Assembly (NCBI GenBank): GCA_051172755.1
Contig: JBMNDX010000001.1
Span: forward strand, 863,566 to 927,565
Direction of reading: 5' to 3'
Source: Nostochopsis sp.
Lineage (GTDB): Bacteria > Cyanobacteriota > Cyanobacteriia > Cyanobacteriales > Nostocaceae
Length of the DNA stretch: 64,000 nucleotides
Below, piece after piece: positions 10,148-18,183 of the stretch (the stretch's first letter is position 1; every line of letters starts with the position of its first letter). A model generated the notes under the pieces. That model saw nothing but the letters and a program-made list of their open reading frames with translations. It was not told the DNA's origin and ran no database searches. The translations under genes and the position numbers were made by a program.

Positions 10148-12703
10148 TTAATCCTTGATTATTGTTACTTGGGAAAGGGTTTCGAGCCAAGGTGGAACAG
10201 ATTTTGTTTTATCTTTATCTGCATCGGCGATATATCTTAGTAAAGGTTCGTGTTTGGATTTTAGTAGTTCTTGTAAACTATCGACAATCTCTTTTAAGGC
10301 TCTGGAAAATGAAATTTTCACTTGCTTGGTTAACTGACTGACGTATTGAACTAAATGTAAACCAGCACTAGCAGTAATTTCATCTCGCAGACGCAAAACG
10401 GCTATTTGATGATTAAATGGTCTGGGAGGGGTGGGAAATTGTTTATCGGGACTCCAATCTAGGATTTGTCCGTTGGGATGTTTGTCATCTTTGCGCGCTA
10501 AGGGAAATAAAGCATCGGCGTTGATGACATGATTGTTATTAGCTAATCCACTGTGGTCAATAATTAATCTTTGCCATTTATTCGCTGGGTCAACTGCGCG
10601 TAAAAAGTTACGAAATAGGCGGAGTTGATTTTTGCCAAAGTTGTCTTGAATGTATTTTTCGATATCTGGTGATAGGACAGAATTAACTGTGTTACGTTCA
10701 TCGGCGACTTCGATTGATAGTTTTTTGAAAAAGTCGATCACTGCTTCTGTGGTGCGATCATGAGCAAAAGTTTGCATTTCTTGAATTGTTTGTACAAATG
10801 CAGAGTAGAAATCATCGCTTTTGGTGGGAATGCTATCTTCTACTTCTTCGTCACCAAAAAAACTGTCACTTTTGGTGAGAGAAATTGTGCCATTTTTAGT
10901 TCTATCAAATAGTAATGTCCATTCGCTCCATTCAAAGAAGATTTTATTAGTTAATTCGTCTTTGACGACATCACTCACGGCGACACCATCGCGGTTTTTT
11001 AATATTGGTTGCTTTTCTAATTCTTCTTGAAATTGTCTGTAAATTGTGACTAAGTTTTCGATTCCTTGGCGCAGTTCGATAAATTTCGGGTTTTCTTCGA
11101 CGGGGATATAAGCGGGTACTTGTTCGAGGAGGGTTTTGAGGTTATCTTGCTCTTTTTGCAAAGCTTTGACGGTTCTTTGGGTATCCTCTACAAGTTGTTT
11201 TAAACCATTTTGGGCGACATGATCTTTGAGTAATGCACGTAATCTACTTATTCCTCCATCTTCTGCAAAGTCACTGATTTGTTTTTGGAGGGTACTCGAT
11301 GGTGGTAACATTTTACTTAGTTGTTGCCATTTTTCCCGCAATTCCACTTCTGAGAGTTTGTTGGGAATGTCTAATTCTGGCAAAAACTCTGGGGAGGAAA
11401 CTTGGATTAACGAAGAAAGTTCCGCCAGTTTGGCTAAACCGTGGAGTTGGGAGAGTAAAACTATATTTTTTTTCTCTGTGGTTAAATTGCTGGCACTGGC
11501 AATGGTAAGTTGGAGAATACCCAGGCTTTCTAAAATATTGGCTTCGGAAAGTAATGGTTCGTCTACGAGTTCATCAAGGGCGCGTTCGTCACTCTGGGTA
11601 AGGGGAAGTTGATTGAAGCGTCCGACACCAACAATAATTCTATCTCTTAAGTCGTGTCCTTTATCGCGTTCCAACATCGTGCGAATTTTTGAGGCGATCG
11701 CACCACCTGGATATCTACCGTTGAGTAGCAACAGCAGAGTTTGCACGTCTCTGAGTTCCCGCAGTGACAAAAAGGTATCCCGTACCCCAGAATCTGCTGA
11801 ACCTAAACCGGGAAAGTCTAATAAAACAAATTCATTTGTCCCTTGGAGTGCAGATAAATCCCAGATGTCTTTGGATACTTCAACGCTAACATCAATGCGG
11901 CGAATCAAAGAAAAGCTTTTCTGTAAATCTACGGCTGATGGTTGAGCAAAATTTGTCCATGGTTGCGGAGGTGGTGGAAGTTGATCAAAGCTGAGTTCTA
12001 AAATATTCATCGGTGGTTCAGATAACCTCAGCCCTTTTTTCGCGGTAGTATGATCTATTTGGTAGCTTTTACCGCCAATTTGTTTTCCGTAAGTATTGTA
12101 GGTACGCATATACACTACTATTTCTCGCAGTAGCGATCGCAGTTCTAAACTTTGCGTCTGATTCCAAGCTTGTTCGCACCATCTTAAGATTCCGTTGCTA
12201 TCAATAATTGTTATCGGGTGCAAGTTTTTCAAACTAGTCAGCAATTCCAGGGATATTTCTGACGCTTTCGCCCGTGTTTCCACTTCCTGGAGCATAAACC
12301 GCAGACACTCTTTCACACCCTCATCGGAGAGATACTGAACGGTGTACTTACCAATTTGGGTAGTTTGTAAGTCTGGTTGTTGACGCAAATGAATTGCGGT
12401 GACGTTCCCGGTAGTGGGGGTTTCACTGATAGGTAAAGCATCAGCGTAGCCAATGAGACTACCAATTAATAAAGTTTTGCCACTACTGAATTCACCCATA
12501 ACGCCGATTTTGACAGGTGAAGCAGCAATTTCTACGACTCTTTGGGCAGATTCTTTTAAACGTTGAATGTTCTCATGGATACTTCGAGGGAACCAACTTT
12601 CTTGGGGAGGCGGGTTTTGCGAGACTAACTCCAGGCTTTGGAGGACAGATTCTCCATATTCTTTGTAGTGGCTTAGTTGTGCGATCGCTATGTCACTTTT
12701 CAT
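10148..12703 (-). CDS. bacterial dynamin-like GTPase (851 aa)
   Basis: G1 P-loop GVMGEFSSGKT, G2 Thr in PTTGNV and G3 DFPGLG. Large alpha-helical stalk region. G4 is non-canonical. Confidence 0.65.
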   Translation of the reverse strand: MKSDIAIAQLSHYKEYGESVLQSLELVSQNPPPQESWFPRSIHENIQRLKESAQRVVEIAASPVKIGVMGEFSSGKTLLIGSLIGYADALPISETPTTGNVTAIHLRQQPDLQTTQIGKYTVQYLSDEGVKECLRFMLQEVETRAKASEISLELLTSLKNLHPITIIDSNGILRWCEQAWNQTQSLELRSLLREIVVYMRTYNTYGKQIGGKSYQIDHTTAKKGLRLSEPPMNILELSFDQLPPPPQPWTNFAQPSAVDLQKSFSLIRRIDVSVEVSKDIWDLSALQGTNEFVLLDFPGLGSADSGVRDTFLSLRELRDVQTLLLLLNGRYPGGAIASKIRTMLERDKGHDLRDRIIVGVGRFNQLPLTQSDERALDELVDEPLLSEANILESLGILQLTIASASNLTTEKKNIVLLSQLHGLAKLAELSSLIQVSSPEFLPELDIPNKLSEVELREKWQQLSKMLPPSSTLQKQISDFAEDGGISRLRALLKDHVAQNGLKQLVEDTQRTVKALQKEQDNLKTLLEQVPAYIPVEENPKFIELRQGIENLVTIYRQFQEELEKQPILKNRDGVAVSDVVKDELTNKIFFEWSEWTLLFDRTKNGTISLTKSDSFFGDEEVEDSIPTKSDDFYSAFVQTIQEMQTFAHDRTTEAVIDFFKKLSIEVADERNTVNSVLSPDIEKYIQDNFGKNQLRLFRNFLRAVDPANKWQRLIIDHSGLANNNHVINADALFPLARKDDKHPNGQILDWSPDKQFPTPPRPFNHQIAVLRLRDEITASAGLHLVQYVSQLTKQVKISFSRALKEIVDSLQELLKSKHEPLLRYIADADKDKTKSVPPWLETLSQVTIIKD

Positions 12704-12724
12704 ACTTAGTCCAGTAAATTAGAG

Positions 12725-12792
12725 GATCGGGGATTGGGGAAGGTGGGGCCCCTGGAGGGGATAAGGGGTAATGAGGATTGGGGATCGAGGTG
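12725..12792. repeat. G-tract-rich sequence with degenerate STRR1-like ATTGGGG units
   Basis: GGGGATTGGGGAAGGTGGGGCCCCTGGAGGGGATAAGGGG... read directly. Lies in the promoter region of the dynamin operon. Confidence 0.5.
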
Positions 12793-13035
12793 TAAGAGAA
12801 ATAATTGTCAATTAATGCTATCTATCTATACCCCTACACTCCTTTCTTTACAGCAATAGCCATAGTTATAACTTGGTTTTTAATCAAAGAAGTTTAGCAA
12901 TTTGTTCGTCATGATTGTTTCCAAATTGCAAAACTTTGTAGAAGTTTGCATAAATTTTTGACACTCCCGTACCTGAAGGCGACGGGATTCTTGCTTCATC
13001 CAGCCAACATGTCCCTCATGGGCTTTCTGCTCTAA

Positions 13036-13779
13036 TCAAAGTACTGGTTTGAGACATTGTAAAAAAGCAAGGGCTTCTGGGTGGGGCGATCGCATAAATT
13101 CTGCTGGAGTTTCCAACACTACCAATTCTCCCCCATACATTAAACCAATTCTCGATGCCAAAACAAAGGCTTCTTGAATATCATGAGTCACAAAAACAAC
13201 TGTTTTGCCTAATTCTTGTTGTAAGCGTTTAAATTCTTGCTGCAATTCCAACCGCGTAATCGGATCAAGAGCGCCAAAAGGTTCATCCATCAACAATACA
13301 GGCGGATCGGCTGCTAACGCCCTCGCTACACCCACTCGTTGTCTTTGTCCTCCTGAAAGTTCGTGGGGATACCTTTGAGCAAATTTTTCTGGTTCTAAAC
13401 CCACCAACTGTAATAGTTCATAAACACGGCTTTTGATTTGGTTGGGTTTCCAACGTTCTAGAGAGGGAACCAAACCCACATTACGCTCAACAGTAAAATG
13501 AGGAAATAAACCAGTTTCTTGAATTACATAACCAATCTTGCGTCGCAATTTAATTTCATTCCACTGGCTTGTGGGAATGTTGTTAAATAACACTTCGCCT
13601 TGGCTGGGTGTGAACAAGCGGTTGATTAATTTCATCGTCGTGGTTTTACCGCTACCACTACGTCCAAGTAATACCAGTGCTTCTCCTTGAGGAATATTGA
13701 AATTCAGATTTGCTACCAGTGGGCGATGGTTCCTGCTAAAGGTGACATGGCGAAATTCAACAGCAATCTCCTGGGACAT
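13036..13779 (-). CDS. ABC transporter ATP-binding protein (ProV/OpuA-like NBD, orphan)
   Basis: Walker A GRSGSGKTT, signature LSGGQRQRV and Walker B LLMDEPFGALD. Confidence 0.8.
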   Translation of the reverse strand: MSQEIAVEFRHVTFSRNHRPLVANLNFNIPQGEALVLLGRSGSGKTTTMKLINRLFTPSQGEVLFNNIPTSQWNEIKLRRKIGYVIQETGLFPHFTVERNVGLVPSLERWKPNQIKSRVYELLQLVGLEPEKFAQRYPHELSGGQRQRVGVARALAADPPVLLMDEPFGALDPITRLELQQEFKRLQQELGKTVVFVTHDIQEAFVLASRIGLMYGGELVVLETPAEFMRSPHPEALAFLQCLKPVL

Positions 13780-13991
13780 GGATGAATTTTTGTGGGGGTT
13801 GGTTTTCTGTCATTATGTGATATTTTGCTGTTGATTGCAGAAGATCAGGAAGTTAAAGTCTCGCACTCAGCAGATATACCGAGGCGAGATAGATTGCGCG
13901 GTGAGTTGATAGTCCTATTTATTTAATACTCTTGTCAATATATTATTATTAAAATAATTATGTGTGCTGCGTGTATACAATTTAAGAAATA

Positions 13992-14210
13992 ATGCCTATA
14001 CAAAATCGAGTCAAAAGCTTCTTAGAAAGTAGAAACTTGTCTGCGTACCAGTTCATTAAAGATACTGGTATAGCTCCTGCTACTGGTTATAAGTTGGCTA
14101 AAAAGTCTAGCTATCTGCCTTCTGTCCGTGTGCTAGAAGTAATTTGCGATACATATAAAGTCAAACTCAGTGAAATCTTAGAATGGATCGAAGAAAAAGA
14201 AATCAGTTAA
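13992..14210 (+). CDS. XRE-family helix-turn-helix transcriptional regulator (72 aa)
   Basis: Cro/C1-type HTH pattern LSAYQFIKDTGIAPATGYKLAKK. Confidence 0.55.
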   Translation: MPIQNRVKSFLESRNLSAYQFIKDTGIAPATGYKLAKKSSYLPSVRVLEVICDTYKVKLSEILEWIEEKEIS

Positions 14211-14254
14211 CAGTTATCCATTTTTATTGTTGACCGAAAATAATGGGATACAAG

Positions 14255-14280
14255 CCCCGTCCTTCTAGGACGGCTTTTTA
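14255..14280 (+). terminator. rho-independent terminator (CCGTCC-TTCTAG-GGACGG followed by a T-run)
   Basis: Hairpin plus a TTTTTATT run read directly. Confidence 0.55.
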
Positions 14281-14329
14281 TTGATTAATTCATCAATATA
14301 GCCCCTTAGCTTGTCTTGCCACCCAGGAA

Positions 14330-14816
14330 TATCTTTTAGTGCGTCTTTCTGTCCAATTCTACCCCTAAAACAAATGGGAGAAGCGTCTAGTGGATTGTCA
14401 CTAGTAAAACCTAATTTATGTTTTTTCTGGAAAGTCTACAAGGGTGGAGAGAGTTTAGAACTTTGTGCGAAGGTAAGTCTGAAAAACTTAATCGAGATTT
14501 TCACGTTATAAGTCGATGGGAACCAACAAGCCAAATTTGTTCCGAATGTGGATACAAATGGGGTAAACTCGATTTAAAAATTCGGAAGGTTCAGTGTTTG
14601 AATTGTGGCACTGAACACGACCGAGATGAAAACGCAGCGAAAAATATAAACAAAGTCGGGATAGGGTATTGCCACGACTCTAAACGGACGCAGAGACAGA
14701 GTAAGACGACAATGGTCGCGTCAGTCATTGAAGCGTCAAGAATCACCGCTCCTAAAGGAGCGGTGAGTATGTCAATTGAATTCTCAGCTTGCGTTCAGCT
14801 TCAGCATTTATCGTAG
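14330..14816 (+). pseudogene. TnpB (IS200/IS605 OrfB) C-terminal remnant with zinc-finger and RuvC-III motifs
   Basis: TSQICSECGYKWGKLDLKIRKVQCLNCGTEHDRDENAAKNI matches the TnpB C-terminus. Upstream frames are degenerate and no intact N-terminus exists. Confidence 0.6.
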
Positions 14817-14988
14817 CGATCGCGTGAGGAATCTCTAATCAAGTTAGACGATTTGCCTAATTGTTAAGTTTATCAAACTTAATAAAATATAATGAATGAA
14901 GATGAAAAGAAGACTTCTTTTAGAAACAGGTACTGCGATCGCTGGAGCGCTGTGGTTGTCAAATTATTTAACCAGGAGGGAGGGAGTT

Positions 14989-15408
14989 ATGGCAACTTCT
15001 AACACTGAAAATTTTGAAGTTAATAAAACAGAGGAAGAATGGCGTAAAACTTTAACATCCGAACAGTTTCGTATTCTACGTAAGCATGGTACAGAACGGG
15101 CTGGGGGAAGTCCATTAGATAAAAATTATGCTGATGGTACTTACGTCTGTGCTGGTTGTGGACAGGCGTTGTTTACATCAGCAACTAAGTTTGATAGCGG
15201 TACTGGCTGGCCGAGTTTTTACGCACCGATTGAAGGCGCAATTAGCACAACCGTAGACAGGTCATTTTTTATGACAAGGGTGGAGGTGCATTGTAGTCGT
15301 TGCGGCGGACATTTGGGTCATGTATTTGAAGATGGCCCTGCACCAACTGGTCAACGCTATTGTATGAATGGTGTGGCGATGAAGTTTGCTCCACAAGCAG
15401 AAGCGTAA
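14989..15408 (+). CDS. msrB: peptide-methionine (R)-S-oxide reductase MsrB
   Basis: CxxC...CxxC zinc site plus the catalytic motif RCGGHLGHVFEDGP. A strong SD (GGAGGGAGGGA) precedes ATG 14989. The ORF track extends the frame upstream to 14896. Confidence 0.85.
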   Translation: MATSNTENFEVNKTEEEWRKTLTSEQFRILRKHGTERAGGSPLDKNYADGTYVCAGCGQALFTSATKFDSGTGWPSFYAPIEGAISTTVDRSFFMTRVEVHCSRCGGHLGHVFEDGPAPTGQRYCMNGVAMKFAPQAEA

Positions 15409-15480
15409 AATCTTGGTGTCTTGAAAAGATCCCCGACAACTTGTGCGGATACAGCTGGCGAATGGTGGATCTGAACCCCA

Positions 15481-15508
15481 GTAGATACGTTAAATTTAAC
15501 GTCTCTAC
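15481..15508. repeat. 28-bp perfect palindrome GTAGATACGTTAAATTTAACGTCTCTAC
   Basis: Read directly. Family members also at 16113 and 48207. Confidence 0.8.
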
Positions 15509-15858
15509 TTTTGGTGGAATGACGAAAAATCTTGTGAGGGGCCTTATCCCCTATTCACCAACTATCCGTATTTAATCTATCTTCAATTGCTTTCAACAAT
15601 ATCTCAAAGTTTGATTGAGGTGAATATCGGACGTCAGAGCATTCATGTCTTTCAGTAATTTGGTGAGTTCAGCAAACGTGTTGCGAATTTCGGTTTATAA
15701 GTCAAGTTCTTCTCGAAATCCCTGCAAATTAGCACCGAGTTCCGTCAAACCCTCTGTTGCTCCTTGTCCAATTACCTGTAGCAGTTCTTCCTCGGTCACT
15801 TCCAATTCGCAATTGTTTTGGTCACATAGTCAGTTTAAATTGAGTTGTGGTGACGAAT

Positions 15859-16072
15859 ATTGATTGATCTATAGAAAACATTCAAACGTTTGTTCAAAAT
15901 GCTTTAATGTTTCTTATAAATGCTGATTGATCTATAGAAAACATTCAAACGTTTGTTCAAAATGCTTTAACGTTTCTTATAAATGCTGATTGATCTATAG
16001 AAAATATTCAAGCGTTTGTTCAAAATGCTTTAACGTTTCTTATAAATGCTGATTGATCTATAGAAAACATTA
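15859..16072. repeat. tandem repeat: 63-bp unit x about 3.4 copies, each with the 10-bp palindrome CAAACGTTTG
   Basis: Unit period of 63 bp read directly, with 2-3 substitutions between copies. Non-coding, between msrB and the radical SAM gene. Confidence 0.85.
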
Positions 16073-16112
16073 GACCTCTCCAGAAATGAACTATGCGTTG
16101 CCCAAAACCCTT

Positions 16113-16140
16113 GTACAGACGTTAAATTTAACGTCTGTAC
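16113..16140. repeat. 28-bp perfect palindrome GTACAGACGTTAAATTTAACGTCTGTAC
   Basis: Read directly. Confidence 0.8.
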
Positions 16141-16380
16141 ATCTGGTGGGTTTAAATGTCAATCGATTTGTCTGATCCGAGCAGTATTGAAATCGAATGA
16201 TGCTGAAATCGAGGTTAAGATTTAAAATCTTTGCTTTTTTAACAAAAATCATCTTTGATAAAGTTATATCAAGATAAAGCCGCAAAACTAAATCGTCAAT
16301 AGTGATGTAGCAAACCAGTTTTGGGGAGATGGCGTAAATCCTAGAAATATAGTCATCTGTCAAAAATAAGGAGCCAGGTT

Positions 16381-17970
16381 ATGCGGATCATGATGATTCA
16401 ACCCAATTATCATTCTGGTGGTGCTGAAATTGCGGGAAATTGGCCACCCAGTTGGGTTCCTTATGTGGGTGGGGCGTTGAAAACAGCTGGCTTTACTGAC
16501 ATCTGTTTTGTTGATGCTATGACCGATTATATTGGCGATGATGCTTTAGGCGAGATTATTGCCAAACATCAGCCGGATGTGGTGCTAGCAACGGCGATTA
16601 CGCCAATGATTTACCAATCTCAAACAACCCTCAAGATAGTTAAACAAGTTTGTCCTCAAGCCAAGAGAATTATGGGCGGGGTTCACCCGACCTATATGTA
16701 TAATGAAGTTCTCAACGAAGCGCCTTGGGTAGATTATATAATCCGGGGAGAAGGGGAAGAAATCACAGTTAACTTGCTCAGAGCGATCGCCAATGGTACA
16801 GATGAGAGCGATCGCCGTAATATATTAGGTATTGCTTTCTTAGAAAATGGCCAAGTCGTCGCGACACCAGCCCATCCCCCGATGGCTGATTTAGATACCC
16901 TTACCCCAGATTGGAGCCTATTAGACTGGAGTAAATATATCTATACTCCTCTCAACGTCCGAGTAGCAGTTCCCAACTACGCCAGAGGATGTCCCTTCAC
17001 TTGTCGTTTTTGTTCCCAGTGGAAATTCTGGCGCAAATATCGTTCTAGTAATCCCAAAAGATTTGTTGATGAGATTGAAATCTTGGTCAAAAAACACAAA
17101 GTTGGCTTTTTCATTCTTGCGGATGAAGAACCAACTATTAACAAACCAAAATTTATCGCTTTGTGTAACGAATTAATAGAACGTAACTTGGGTGTTCACT
17201 GGGGAATCAATACACGGGTGACAGATATTTTGCGAGATGAGGAAGAACTACCACTTTACCGCAAAGCCGGACTAGTTCATGTTTCCTTGGGGACAGAAGC
17301 AGCAGCGCAGTTAAAGTTGAATTTGTTCCGCAAAGAAACAACTATCGAACAAAACAAGCGCGCCATCAAACTCTTAAATCAAAATGGCATGATTACAGAA
17401 GCTCAATTTATTATGGGTTTAGAAAACGAAACCCCAGAAACCATCGAGCAAACCTATAAAATGGCTTTGGATTGGAAAGCAGACATGGTGAACTGGAATA
17501 TGTTTACGCCTTGGCCATTTTCCGAATTATTTCAAGATTTAGGCGATCGCGTCGAAGTTCGCGATTATTCTCAATATAACTTTGTCACGCCGATCATGAA
17601 ACCGGATGCAATGGAACGGGAAGATGTTCTCAAAGGAGTACTACGGAACTACGCCCGTTTTTACCTACGCAAAACCTTTGAATATTGGTTTGTCAAAGAT
17701 CCATTTAAACGCAGATATCTTTTAGGTTGCTTAAAAGCATTTGTGCAAACCACCCTCAACAAGCGCTTCTATAATCTCAAACGAGTCAAATACAATGGAC
17801 TGCAAACCGAGATAGAACTAGGTTTTGATGAGTCGAAGATTCTCACCCGCGAACAAATCGCCCAGCGTAAGCAACAACATCCAGAACTCATGGCTGATGT
17901 GAATTTCACAGGTAATATTTCCGCCTGTGGCTCACCCAATGACCTACCCGAATATGATCCCCCTGCTTGA
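16381..17970 (+). CDS. cobalamin-binding (class B) radical SAM enzyme, HpnP/BchE-like
   Basis: N-terminal B12-binding-like domain and a CPFTCRFCSQW radical SAM cluster motif. 529 aa. Confidence 0.75.
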   Translation: MRIMMIQPNYHSGGAEIAGNWPPSWVPYVGGALKTAGFTDICFVDAMTDYIGDDALGEIIAKHQPDVVLATAITPMIYQSQTTLKIVKQVCPQAKRIMGGVHPTYMYNEVLNEAPWVDYIIRGEGEEITVNLLRAIANGTDESDRRNILGIAFLENGQVVATPAHPPMADLDTLTPDWSLLDWSKYIYTPLNVRVAVPNYARGCPFTCRFCSQWKFWRKYRSSNPKRFVDEIEILVKKHKVGFFILADEEPTINKPKFIALCNELIERNLGVHWGINTRVTDILRDEEELPLYRKAGLVHVSLGTEAAAQLKLNLFRKETTIEQNKRAIKLLNQNGMITEAQFIMGLENETPETIEQTYKMALDWKADMVNWNMFTPWPFSELFQDLGDRVEVRDYSQYNFVTPIMKPDAMEREDVLKGVLRNYARFYLRKTFEYWFVKDPFKRRYLLGCLKAFVQTTLNKRFYNLKRVKYNGLQTEIELGFDESKILTREQIAQRKQQHPELMADVNFTGNISACGSPNDLPEYDPPA

Positions 17971-18183
17971 AAGCATGGAAGAAGGCGTAGGCGAATTTAT
18001 ATTAGACATCTGGTGAAAAATGATGTAGAGACGCGATCTATCAGAATAACAGGGAAGCGTGAGAACCCCTGTTAATAGATCATATCGTAAACGTTGCGTA
18101 GCTCGGATTTTATCGGAGTCACACAACATCTGTTTAGAATCCCCTTACTTCTAGTGAGGGGAGATGTCAACACGTCTCTATAC

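Noticed and set aside
14896-14988. Tat signal peptide (MKMKRRLLLETGTAIAGALW) on MsrB, implying a periplasmic or lumenal MsrB
   Set aside because: A strong SD (GGAGGGAGGGA) sits 4-5 nt before the internal ATG at 14989 (MATSN...). The upstream extension is most likely an artefact of the open frame, so cytoplasmic MsrB is the conservative call.
15859-16072. CRISPR array
   Set aside because: The 63-bp units are contiguous head-to-tail with no unique spacers, and no cas genes are nearby. It is a simple tandem repeat.
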